The notes under the pieces: generated by a model | Database searches by the model: none | Seen by the model: only the letters and a program-made list of their open reading frames with translations | What the model was told of the DNA's origin: nothing | Program-made: the position numbers and the translations under genes | Source: a bacterium | GTDB lineage: Bacteria; Margulisbacteria; WOR-1; O2-12-FULL-45-9; XYB2-FULL-48-7 | Assembly: GCA_043812655.1 (NCBI GenBank) | Contig: JBDRLW010000022.1 | Span: 1 to 57,389, forward strand | DNA: 57,389 nucleotides | Direction of reading: 5' to 3' | Part shown: piece by piece, positions 48,576 through 57,389 of the stretch | How the letters are laid out: each line of letters opens with the position of its first letter | Position numbering within the stretch: position 1 is the stretch's first letter

Positions 48576-51059
48576 TTAATGATGCTTGGGTAGAGTAAAG
48601 GTGATCTTGGTCCCTTGGCCAAGTTCGCTTTCCGCCCAAACTTTCCCTTGGAGCGCTTCCACTAAACCTCTAACAATGGACAAACCAAGCCCTGTGCCTT
48701 TTGCTCCCGGGCCGGGAGTTCGGCCAAATTGCTGGAACTTCCTAAATAGCAATTTAAGATTTTCTTTTGAAATGCCTATACCGCTATCAACAACGGCACA
48801 TTCAAATTCGTTTTCTAGTTCTTTTATGGAAACTTCTATAAAACCGTTTGGGGTAAATTTTAACGAGTTGCTAATGAGATTAATGAATATCCGGATAATT
48901 TTATCTTTGTCGCCAAATATTTTAATTTTCTGAGAAGGGAAATTGGTCCGGAGTTCTAACTGTTTTTCTTTGGCTTGCAGTTTAAAATCGTTTACAACCT
49001 GAAAAATCGCGGCTCCAAGATCGAACGACTCATTTTTTATCGCTATTTTTCCTGAATCGATCTTGGAGATATCCAGCAATTCTAAGACCAGCCGCGTTAG
49101 GCGGGAAATGTTTGTTTTAATAGAGACAAGCATTTTCCCTTGTTCCTTACTGACCGGGCCTAATATCTGGTCAGAGAGCAAGCTTATCCCTTCATTAATG
49201 GTGGTCAACGGAGTGCGCAGTTCATGGGAAACGGTAGTTATAAATTCGTCCTTCAGTTTCTCTACTTTTTTAAGTTCGGTAATGTCCTTAATAATCACAA
49301 AAACCCTAACAATGGCACCGTCCGAATCACGCACCGGTGAAGCGGACAGTAAAAGAGGGACTTCCACGCCCTTCTTATTTTTTGCCATTGTTTCATACGC
49401 TTTAAGCCCTTCCCCTGCTGTAATACGCTCAAGTTTTTCCCGAAAATCTTTTTCATTAATGCTTTGGAGCGATCTGCCAATCACTTCAGCTGCTTCGTAA
49501 CCAAACATCCTTTTCGCCCCGTCATTCCAGGAGAGGACTTTCCCGTCTAAATCCAAAGTTACGATCGCGTCTTCGCTCCCCTGGATCAAGTTGTTGAGGT
49601 AATCCCGAGTTTCGGTAATATCGCGGTAAAGCTTGGCGTTTTCGATCGCGACGCTAGCTTCAGAAGCCAAAGTGAACAATAGCTCCAGATCATCAGGAGT
49701 ATAAGGTTCGCCCGATAATTTTTCCCCTAAGTTTAAAATCCCGACCAGTTTCCCCTTTAAAAACGAGGGAACTGAAACAGTCGCGCTAAAATTCTCCATT
49801 TCGATCATTATTTTAAGAAGTTTTTCTTTGCCTGGGATATCTAGCTTCTCTGTGCGCAGCGAAGTTCGCAGTTCATCCAACACGACCACGTCTTTTTTCT
49901 CGTATAGGTACTGCACCAATGGATTATCCAGCTCAAGCTTGATCCTTTTTACCGCTTCCGACAGGCCCGTAGTCTTTTCTACAATGAACAGGCCTTCTTT
50001 TTCTTCTAAGAGGAGGACCGAAGCGCTTTTAAGGCACATGACCCGAACGATCGTCCGGTCGATCAGCCGAAACAGGACATGCAAGTCGGTCACTGATACG
50101 ATCATGCGCGTTATCTCTTTTAATATCTTCTGGTACTCAAGGCTGCGACGGAAAAATAACCGGTCAGTAATCTCCTGGAAATAAGACCGCAGCGGGATAA
50201 AAGTGACCGAGATCATCAAGGACGCCGGCAACACCGGCCAGAATGAGTCAGTCCCCATCATTAACCGCCACAGATAAGAAAAACCCATTACGACGATCAC
50301 ATAAGTAAAAGTAATGCCGGTGGTGACCAATGAATAAGCGGTAGTTTTCTTTATGGCGATAGAAACATCCATGATCCGGTATTTAAGGATGGCGTAAGTA
50401 GTGAGGAAGACCAGGGAGCTGGTGCCGAACGGGCCAAGATAAACAAATTTAAAAATGCCAAAAAGCAAAAAGAATTCGCTTAAGGCATAACCCACCACCC
50501 CAGTGATCAATAAGCTGATAAAGAAATAACGGAACCGTATTTTTTCAAGAGTGGAGGCCTTGTAATAGTTCTTCAAAACCTTAATTAGCCCGATTATGGT
50601 ATAAGCCAAGATATGGAGCATATAAAGGATATTAGCTCCCCCAAGCTTTACAAAAAGCTGGTTTTCCTTTGCCGACGCCTGGATCAGGTCCCCCGAAAAG
50701 AAAAATAAAATTAGCACGATCGAGGGAAGAAAAAGCAGCTCCAGCTGGAAACGGCTAAAAGGGATCTCCTTGTCAGGGAAAACACTGCATAACAACAGGA
50801 AAACCAAGGGAATAGGCAGCGCCGCTAAAACACTGCCGTATGCGGCTATGACAGCCACTTCGGGATTGGGGCTAAGGCTCATAAAAGCGTGGCTTAAGCT
50901 CCAAAAAGAGGCGAAAAAACAATAAGCGAAAAACAAGGCCCCAACCTGCGGCTGCCTCGCTTTTTTCATCACAAAAACACCCAGGCCAAAAGTCAATAGG
51001 GACAAGGAAAAGATAAAAGGGAACAAGATCGGGTTCGGTTCTAAGATAAAAGAGATCAT
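48576..51059 (-). CDS. Multi-TM sensor histidine kinase (TM-GAF-PAS-HisKA-HATPase)
   Basis: VSHELRTPL, NLISNSLKF, DSGIGI, GTGLGL; start ATG 51059 overlaps the upstream TGA. Confidence 0.93.
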   Translation of the reverse strand: MISFILEPNPILFPFIFSLSLLTFGLGVFVMKKARQPQVGALFFAYCFFASFWSLSHAFMSLSPNPEVAVIAAYGSVLAALPIPLVFLLLCSVFPDKEIPFSRFQLELLFLPSIVLILFFFSGDLIQASAKENQLFVKLGGANILYMLHILAYTIIGLIKVLKNYYKASTLEKIRFRYFFISLLITGVVGYALSEFFLLFGIFKFVYLGPFGTSSLVFLTTYAILKYRIMDVSIAIKKTTAYSLVTTGITFTYVIVVMGFSYLWRLMMGTDSFWPVLPASLMISVTFIPLRSYFQEITDRLFFRRSLEYQKILKEITRMIVSVTDLHVLFRLIDRTIVRVMCLKSASVLLLEEKEGLFIVEKTTGLSEAVKRIKLELDNPLVQYLYEKKDVVVLDELRTSLRTEKLDIPGKEKLLKIMIEMENFSATVSVPSFLKGKLVGILNLGEKLSGEPYTPDDLELLFTLASEASVAIENAKLYRDITETRDYLNNLIQGSEDAIVTLDLDGKVLSWNDGAKRMFGYEAAEVIGRSLQSINEKDFREKLERITAGEGLKAYETMAKNKKGVEVPLLLSASPVRDSDGAIVRVFVIIKDITELKKVEKLKDEFITTVSHELRTPLTTINEGISLLSDQILGPVSKEQGKMLVSIKTNISRLTRLVLELLDISKIDSGKIAIKNESFDLGAAIFQVVNDFKLQAKEKQLELRTNFPSQKIKIFGDKDKIIRIFINLISNSLKFTPNGFIEVSIKELENEFECAVVDSGIGISKENLKLLFRKFQQFGRTPGPGAKGTGLGLSIVRGLVEALQGKVWAESELGQGTKITFTLPKHH

Positions 51060-52162
51060 AAATATCTTAAGACAAAGCCCCCGATCATCCACTTGCTGGA
51101 CTCAAAAATGATCGAGGTTAGAAGCTCTCCAGGCTTGAACTTTTCGGTCTTGATCATTTCATTTAAAGCGATAATAACTGATGACGCGCCCGCGTAGCCG
51201 GTGCGGTGGACATTGCCGAACCATTTATCCGGCGTCACGCCGTATTTTTCCAAAAAGGTCGTCTTTCCGTACTCCCACAATTTTTTTGAAGGCAGGGTAG
51301 CCAGGATATGGTCGACATCAGAATATTTAAAATTGTTATCGGCGACTATTTTTTCAAATGAGCGGTAGAAACACGACGGGCCAAAATCGTTGGCCGCCCG
51401 ATAATCCTGGCCAAAATGATGCCAGCCTTCTTCATAAGCCTTTTTCAGGTCGGGATTGCGAGTCCCCAGCTTAAGCCACATCCCCATCTCTTTCTTGCCG
51501 CCGATCGAAAGGTTATCGGCATATTCCAGCTTGATCCCATTTTTTATCTTGTCGCTGGCCCGTAAAACCAGGGCGCTGGCCGAGTCGCATAAGAACCAGC
51601 GCAATAGGATGTTTTCCACTCCCAATTTATTTTGGTTATAATAATCTGACCGAAGATAAGCGGACGAGAGCTGGGAATAAGCGATGACTACATTCTTATA
51701 ACGGCCCAAACGCAAGGCGTCGAGGGCGATCTGCAGCATTTTACTCATCCCGGAACAATTTGAATGGACTTCGATCTCCGCGCATTCTTCAATGCCTAAA
51801 GCTTCCTGGATCAAGGTTGTCGTGGGCGGGGTTTGATAATCCGCCATGAGATTGCCGTAAAGCAGGCAATCGACTTCCCCCGCTTTCATGTTAGCTTTTT
51901 CGAGGGCGTTATTAACCGCTTTGACCGCCATGGTGGTATTATTTTCGGTTTGTTCGCCAGTTTTTTTGTCGATCGCGTAATAAACCTGCTCAATACCGAT
52001 CAATTCTTTCGCGAGGGCTCGCAGTTTCCCCTCCATTCTCTTGACTAGCGGCGGAGCGGCATTAAAACTGCCTAAAACATCTTCGAGATTATCAAACGGG
52101 ATCGGGGTTCCGGGAAGGAAGACGCCAGTGGAAACAAGCTCAACTTCTTTTAACTGTGTCAT
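51056..52162 (-). CDS. FabH/KAS III-like thiolase-fold enzyme with a non-canonical active site
   Basis: STGVFLPG, catalytic SNCSG, ESSKW C-terminal motif; expected His and Asn positions read ATLPS and TGYAG. Confidence 0.8.
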   Translation of the reverse strand: MTQLKEVELVSTGVFLPGTPIPFDNLEDVLGSFNAAPPLVKRMEGKLRALAKELIGIEQVYYAIDKKTGEQTENNTTMAVKAVNNALEKANMKAGEVDCLLYGNLMADYQTPPTTTLIQEALGIEECAEIEVHSNCSGMSKMLQIALDALRLGRYKNVVIAYSQLSSAYLRSDYYNQNKLGVENILLRWFLCDSASALVLRASDKIKNGIKLEYADNLSIGGKKEMGMWLKLGTRNPDLKKAYEEGWHHFGQDYRAANDFGPSCFYRSFEKIVADNNFKYSDVDHILATLPSKKLWEYGKTTFLEKYGVTPDKWFGNVHRTGYAGASSVIIALNEMIKTEKFKPGELLTSIIFESSKWMIGGFVLRYL

Positions 52163-52233
52163 AATCTTTTGCTCCTTTCTAAGGAATCAAAAATGAAGTA
52201 TAATCATCCTGCAAGATTATAGGAGGTAAAACC

Positions 52234-52998
52234 ATGAATTACAAGCAGATTTCCCCTTTATTACACGAAAGCGCTCCTGTCCTGAAAACTACGGGAAACG
52301 TGCTCGATTTTGTCGGCGATAACCATGCCCATAAAAAGATTGGGGCGGCTTACGATAAGGCGTCGGAAATTTATGATGATTATATCTTAAGCGAAAGTTT
52401 TTTGCTGGCACTCTTAAAAAAACTGGCCTTGGGAATCGGTAAAGAAGCGGAAACTGAATGCCAGAAGATCGTTGAAACTATGCTGGACCAAGTGGGTGAA
52501 GGGACCATCCTTGATGTGCCGGCCGGCACCGGCGCTTTTACCTTTACCGAATACGCCAAATATCCTAAGATCACTTTTATCGCGGTTGAATATTCTTTAG
52601 GCATGCTAAAGAAAGCGGCGGAGCGGGTTAAAAAACTTAAAGCAAAAAATATCATCTTAGTGCGAGCCGACGTCGGCCAGCTGCCCTTCAAAGATAATAC
52701 TTTTGACGCGGTCTTGTGCCTTAACGGGATCCATTCGTTCCCGGAAAAGACCAAAGCGATCGCTGAAATGTCGCGGATCCTGAAAAAAGATAAAAAATTC
52801 CATGGCTCACTGATCTTGGGCAAGGAGCGCTGGCTAACGGACATGATCCTTGAGCTGGCTTATTATCGTTTACTCTGGTTCACCAAGCCGGCGATCACCC
52901 GCCAGGAATTTTTAGGGGCCTTGGAGAAGAACGGGCTCTCGGTCGATAATTTTAAGCTGCTCAAATGCGCGGGTGTGTTTGAAGCGGTCAAAAGCTAA
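52234..52998 (+). CDS. Class I SAM-dependent methyltransferase
   Basis: ILDVPAGTG, ADVGQLPFKDNTFDAV. Confidence 0.9.
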   Translation: MNYKQISPLLHESAPVLKTTGNVLDFVGDNHAHKKIGAAYDKASEIYDDYILSESFLLALLKKLALGIGKEAETECQKIVETMLDQVGEGTILDVPAGTGAFTFTEYAKYPKITFIAVEYSLGMLKKAAERVKKLKAKNIILVRADVGQLPFKDNTFDAVLCLNGIHSFPEKTKAIAEMSRILKKDKKFHGSLILGKERWLTDMILELAYYRLLWFTKPAITRQEFLGALEKNGLSVDNFKLLKCAGVFEAVKS

Positions 52999-53005
52999 TA
53001 TTTAC

Positions 53006-53077
53006 TGGGCCCACTAGGATTCGAACCTAGAACCTGTCGATTATGAGTCGATTGCTCCACCCTTGAGCTATGGGCCC
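53006..53077 (-). tRNA. tRNA (CAT), probably Ile2 (lysidine)
   Basis: GGGCCCATAGCTCA..., loop CTCATAA, GGTTCGAATCC; paired 1:72, so not an initiator. Confidence 0.88.
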
Positions 53078-53137
53078 GCAGTAACTAATCTTACCTTCAC
53101 CTTGTCCCCCAAGTCAAGGCGTGATAATATAAATTAG

Positions 53138-53209
53138 GGGCGGTTAGTTCAATGGTAGAATGCCTCGCTTACACCGAGGAGGTCGTAGGTTCGATCCCTA
53201 CACCGCCCA
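53138..53209 (+). tRNA. tRNA-Val (TAC)
   Basis: GGGCGGT/ACCGCCC acceptor stem, loop CTTACAC. Confidence 0.95.
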
Positions 53210-53218
53210 TTTATCTTC

Positions 53219-53290
53219 GGGCGCGTAGTTCAGTGGTAGAATGCTTCCTTCACACGGAAGAGGTCAGAGGTTCGATACCTCTCGCGCCCA
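53219..53290 (+). tRNA. tRNA-Val (CAC)
   Basis: GGGCGCG/CGCGCCC acceptor stem, loop TTCACAC. Confidence 0.93.
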
Positions 53291-53312
53291 TTCTTAGGCA
53301 TGCTGACTATTT

Positions 53313-54302
53313 TTATCTGGCAGAACAGCTTAGCGGTGTGGCAAATCCATTGTAGTAAAATTTTCCCTGAATTAAAATAGAAGCCGAAAGAACTTCTTCG
53401 CGTCTCTCCTCGTCTGAATACGCTTTAATTAAGACCCTACTTCCTTCTCTTGTGGCAGTAAAATAATACAGCGCTCCTAGCTTGAATTTTATAATATTCC
53501 TGATCATTATATTTATACTGATCCCATTAACGCTGGGCAAAGAAAAACACGAACAATTAGTGCAGATCTTAGTGAATTCGTAAGTCGTTTCTTCTGGACT
53601 TTTTTGGAATAATTTTTTAAATCTTTCCGGATCAAGACTTCCCGTCTCATCACTTTTCTTATCCGAAGCAATAGGACGAAAAGGATCTTTGCTCAAAGTA
53701 CTAATAAACCTGGAGGCTTGGCCATTATACGAAAAACCCGCTCCCGCTCTTCTGCTAGAACTATCAAAAAACCAGCGGAATTCACCTTCCACCACGCCTA
53801 AATTGCTAATTTTCTTAACGTTGGGGAATGTCGGGAATGGGAGAAAACCATACGGCAAAGTCGACCAGGTAAATCGGGAAGGAGATGGTAATGTGCTAGT
53901 CGGTTGAGCTAGCCAAGCCGTAAATGATGTTCGGCTTTCTCTGTTCAATAATTCGGTCCAGCTAGGAGTAAATATTGTAAAAAACGGGGACCATTTTACT
54001 AAATTTATAAAAACACCACCGGGGATCACCTCCGGCTCCAAGCCAAAATGCCCGGCAATCTGCTCCGCTTCCTCGTTACTAATAAATACTCGACGATGGC
54101 TTATCCTGATAGGGCTAACAATTGACCTTAAAAAGATCGGAACCAGCCCTTCAACCTTTTTAAAATCGATCACTTTATTGACTTTAATCGCTCCCCGGGA
54201 AAAATAGCTATGGCTATGTTCATCGGCGTGAGGGCTCACCTTCAACAGCGTATATGGAGAAGCATTCCTATTCCCGCCTGAATTTATTACTCTGCTAATC
54301 AT
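53313..54302 (-). CDS. Orphan hypothetical protein
   Basis: 329-aa ORF filling the tRNA-tgt gap; no recognisable motif; preceded by the recurrent promoter motif. Confidence 0.7.
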   Translation of the reverse strand: MISRVINSGGNRNASPYTLLKVSPHADEHSHSYFSRGAIKVNKVIDFKKVEGLVPIFLRSIVSPIRISHRRVFISNEEAEQIAGHFGLEPEVIPGGVFINLVKWSPFFTIFTPSWTELLNRESRTSFTAWLAQPTSTLPSPSRFTWSTLPYGFLPFPTFPNVKKISNLGVVEGEFRWFFDSSSRRAGAGFSYNGQASRFISTLSKDPFRPIASDKKSDETGSLDPERFKKLFQKSPEETTYEFTKICTNCSCFSLPSVNGISINIMIRNIIKFKLGALYYFTATREGSRVLIKAYSDEERREEVLSASILIQGKFYYNGFATPLSCSAR

Positions 54303-54316
54303 GTTATATCTATAAT

Positions 54317-54344
54317 ATATCAGTCTATAACAAAGATAATTTCA
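54317..54344 (-). promoter_or_regulatory. sigma28-like promoter TGAAATT-N13-ACTGATAT
   Basis: Same spacing; shares TTATAG just before the -10 with the copy at 726-753. Confidence 0.55.
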
Positions 54345-54351
54345 GCTTAAT

Positions 54352-55425
<1,074 letters not shown>

Positions 55426-55430
55426 TTATA

Positions 55431-56873
55431 TCACGAGGCTTTTGGTATTTTCGTCATGATAAAGGCCGCTTCTTCAGCTCTGCCTGCCGCTTTCAGTTCA
55501 GTCGCCAAATTTATTGCCTTATCTATTTCATTCCTTGCCAAATAGACATCTGTTAAACCTGTTATAAAAGAAAGATAAAATGATTCTATCATTTGCTTAT
55601 CTTCTTCTTTTACTGTTGAATTCCCCTGATAATTTAAAATAATTTTCTTAAGTATACCACCTAAGAAAAGATAGCTTTTTCCCGCGACATTCAAATCATT
55701 CAGCTTTTGCCGTTGAGGTCCGGCCGCTACCCCCCTTTCAAGGTATGCCCTAGCTAAAGTCAGCCTATTCCAAATACCTCGGGGATCCTGCTTTTTTGCT
55801 CTTTCTCCGCGATCAATGGCTTTCTCATGTTGATCGGCTAATAAATATGCCCTGGCGAGCTTAGCCAGAGCTTTAAAATGATCCGGGTTAAAACTTAAAA
55901 CCTCTTCTAGCTTTTCAACCCACTCATTACTGCTTACTTCAATCTTTTGCGACCAGGAATAAAGAAATTCCGCTATTTCTTTGCCTAATTTTTTGTTTGG
56001 ATAAGAATCCCAAGCTTCTTTATATAATGATAAAGCCTTGTCATTTTCTCCGTTAACGCTTTCTTTCTTAGCTTGATCATAGATCGCGGTATAACTAGCG
56101 TTAAAAATGACGCCGGCTGGACTGTTCACTCCATTTTTTTGGGCTAAGCTCTCATATTTCGGCATTAACTCTGCTGGGACAAAAAAATCATATTCTTTGT
56201 CAGCCATCATACAATTGACAATTTCAGCATATTCTTTGTTTATCGCGCCATTCGCGATATCAGCGATTACTCTTTTAGCTAAGTCGTCCAAAATATCCTC
56301 AAAAGCTTCGCTAACTTCAGCATAGGCCCTAACAGTAACAAATGTTTCCGCCTTAACCTCTTTAGCCTTTAATATCAACGCCTTAAGCCCTACAATTAGT
56401 TTTTCCGCTTCCTTCGCGATCTTCTTACGATCAGCGCTATCTTTTCCTGTGCCTGCCCTCAAACACTCAATCATTTCAACAATAGCCTTTTCTTTTTTTG
56501 TTTGGGCAGCCTTCACCAGTTCTTTAACTTGAGATCCAATCTGTTTTACAACCTTATATCTTTGTGTGGCTTGTTTTTTATAATATCTGTTATCACCAAG
56601 CGCGGCATAACCCAAAGAAAAAGCCTTAAAAACCTCATCAGAAATTAATTGTTGCGAATTAGAATATTTTGTCTCAAATAAGCCCAACGCCTCTTCCCTC
56701 CCCTCACTTGCCAATTGATTAATAAAAGAAATAGTTTCTTGTTCGCTCAAACGCCTTGCCAGTCTATCAAGAATGGAATCATGCCTTGGTTTATAACCAT
56801 CGACAAGATGAGTAGCAATTTTTTTCAAGCGATATGGGGTTACCGTTATTTTCCTGCCATATTCTATTCTCAT
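55431..56873 (-). CDS. Orphan helical/TPR-repeat protein
   Basis: TPR-like LSFNPDHFKALAKLARAYL and DPRGIWNRLTLARAY; start probably ATG 56873, since the track start lies inside the promoter motif. Confidence 0.75.
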   Translation of the reverse strand: MRIEYGRKITVTPYRLKKIATHLVDGYKPRHDSILDRLARRLSEQETISFINQLASEGREEALGLFETKYSNSQQLISDEVFKAFSLGYAALGDNRYYKKQATQRYKVVKQIGSQVKELVKAAQTKKEKAIVEMIECLRAGTGKDSADRKKIAKEAEKLIVGLKALILKAKEVKAETFVTVRAYAEVSEAFEDILDDLAKRVIADIANGAINKEYAEIVNCMMADKEYDFFVPAELMPKYESLAQKNGVNSPAGVIFNASYTAIYDQAKKESVNGENDKALSLYKEAWDSYPNKKLGKEIAEFLYSWSQKIEVSSNEWVEKLEEVLSFNPDHFKALAKLARAYLLADQHEKAIDRGERAKKQDPRGIWNRLTLARAYLERGVAAGPQRQKLNDLNVAGKSYLFLGGILKKIILNYQGNSTVKEEDKQMIESFYLSFITGLTDVYLARNEIDKAINLATELKAAGRAEEAAFIMTKIPKAS

Positions 56874-56879
56874 GAGCTT

Positions 56880-56907
56880 TTTTCGTCTTAATCCCTTCAT
56901 AATTTCA
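56880..56907 (-). promoter_or_regulatory. sigma28-like promoter TGAAATT-N13-GACGAAAA
   Basis: Same spacing; ATG 6 nt downstream (leaderless geometry). Confidence 0.5.
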
Positions 56908-56945
56908 CTCTATTTTAGGCAGTGTTATAATGTATATAGGAACTT

Positions 56946-57293
56946 ATGCCAAGCCAAAAAGCAAAAGATCACTATCTTGGCCGGGGAAAAGAAGGAAGGT
57001 TTAATTGCGCCCAGGCGATCATTAAGGCTTTCCAGGAAAAATTTCAATTAGATGACAAATTGGTCAAGCTTTTTAGCTCCCATGGCGGCGGGAACGCCCC
57101 GGGAAATGTTTGCGGCGCCTATTTTGCCGCCTGCCATATAATTAAACAGCACCACCCTAACAAACTAACCGACTTTCAAACTTTCTTCCTCTCCCACGCC
57201 GGCTCGGTTAAATGCCAGGAAATTAGAGGGCAAAAAAAGCTCTCGTGCCTCGGCTGTATTGAAAAATCAGCAGAATACGTCAATAAGCTATAA
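56946..57293 (+). CDS. C_GCAxxG_C_C family putative redox protein
   Basis: FNCAQA, GNVCGA, GSVKC, CLGC. Confidence 0.85.
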   Translation: MPSQKAKDHYLGRGKEGRFNCAQAIIKAFQEKFQLDDKLVKLFSSHGGGNAPGNVCGAYFAACHIIKQHHPNKLTDFQTFFLSHAGSVKCQEIRGQKKLSCLGCIEKSAEYVNKL

Positions 57294-57389
57294 GATCAGC
57301 ATCGCGTCGCCGAAGGAAAAAAAACGGTATTTTTCTTTGATCGCCTCTTGGTAGGCTCGCATAATAAAATCTTTTCCCGCGAAGGCGGA
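57288..57389 (-). CDS. queA: QueA C-terminus (partial)
   Basis: Manual translation [33 protein letters not shown]; not in the ORF track. Confidence 0.92.
   Translation of the reverse strand, partial: SAFAGKDFIMRAYQEAIKEKYRFFSFGDAMLIL

Noticed and set aside
53152..53355. 67-aa ORF
   Set aside because: It is a reading of the two tRNA-Val genes.
53006..54350. Integrated island or prophage at the tRNA cluster
   Set aside because: No integrase, no duplicated tRNA 3' end, no phage genes.

Overview
Bacterial chromosomal window, mostly housekeeping: tig-clpP-lon, pckG, rpoN plus an NtrC-like activator, pilD, lipA-dapL-pdxA-rsmA, vapBC, mdh-fumarase, ruvCA, coaX-lysS-metF, argCJB, glmU(N-term), yqeK-LCP-rsfS, ppdK-dgt-dnaG-rpoD, tgt, partial queA, and six tRNAs, none encoding CCA. 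Gene style tentatively suggests Saganbacteria (WOR-1)/Margulisbacteria (inference, not verified). Four things are not explained by the ORF track. (1) A four-helix-bundle (IVP/Avd-like) gene lies between inverted arrays of 7-nt repeats. An ORF-less twin sits 20 kb away, and about ten related 7/8-mer arrays are scattered through the window, most of them in frame inside proteins; two supply signal peptides. (2) A fixed-spacing motif, TGAAATT-N13-NMYGAWAW (sigma28/FliA-WhiG-like), precedes all three orphan genes, a large outer-membrane protein and rpoD. (3) A sigma54 circuit has two clear -24/-12 promoters, tandem enhancer-like palindromes and two degenerate bEBP regulators. (4) A KAS-III-like enzyme with a non-canonical active site is coupled to a membrane sensor kinase, next to a divergent methyltransferase. 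Leaderless-type promoters are common. No CRISPR, rRNA, integrase or transposase was found.
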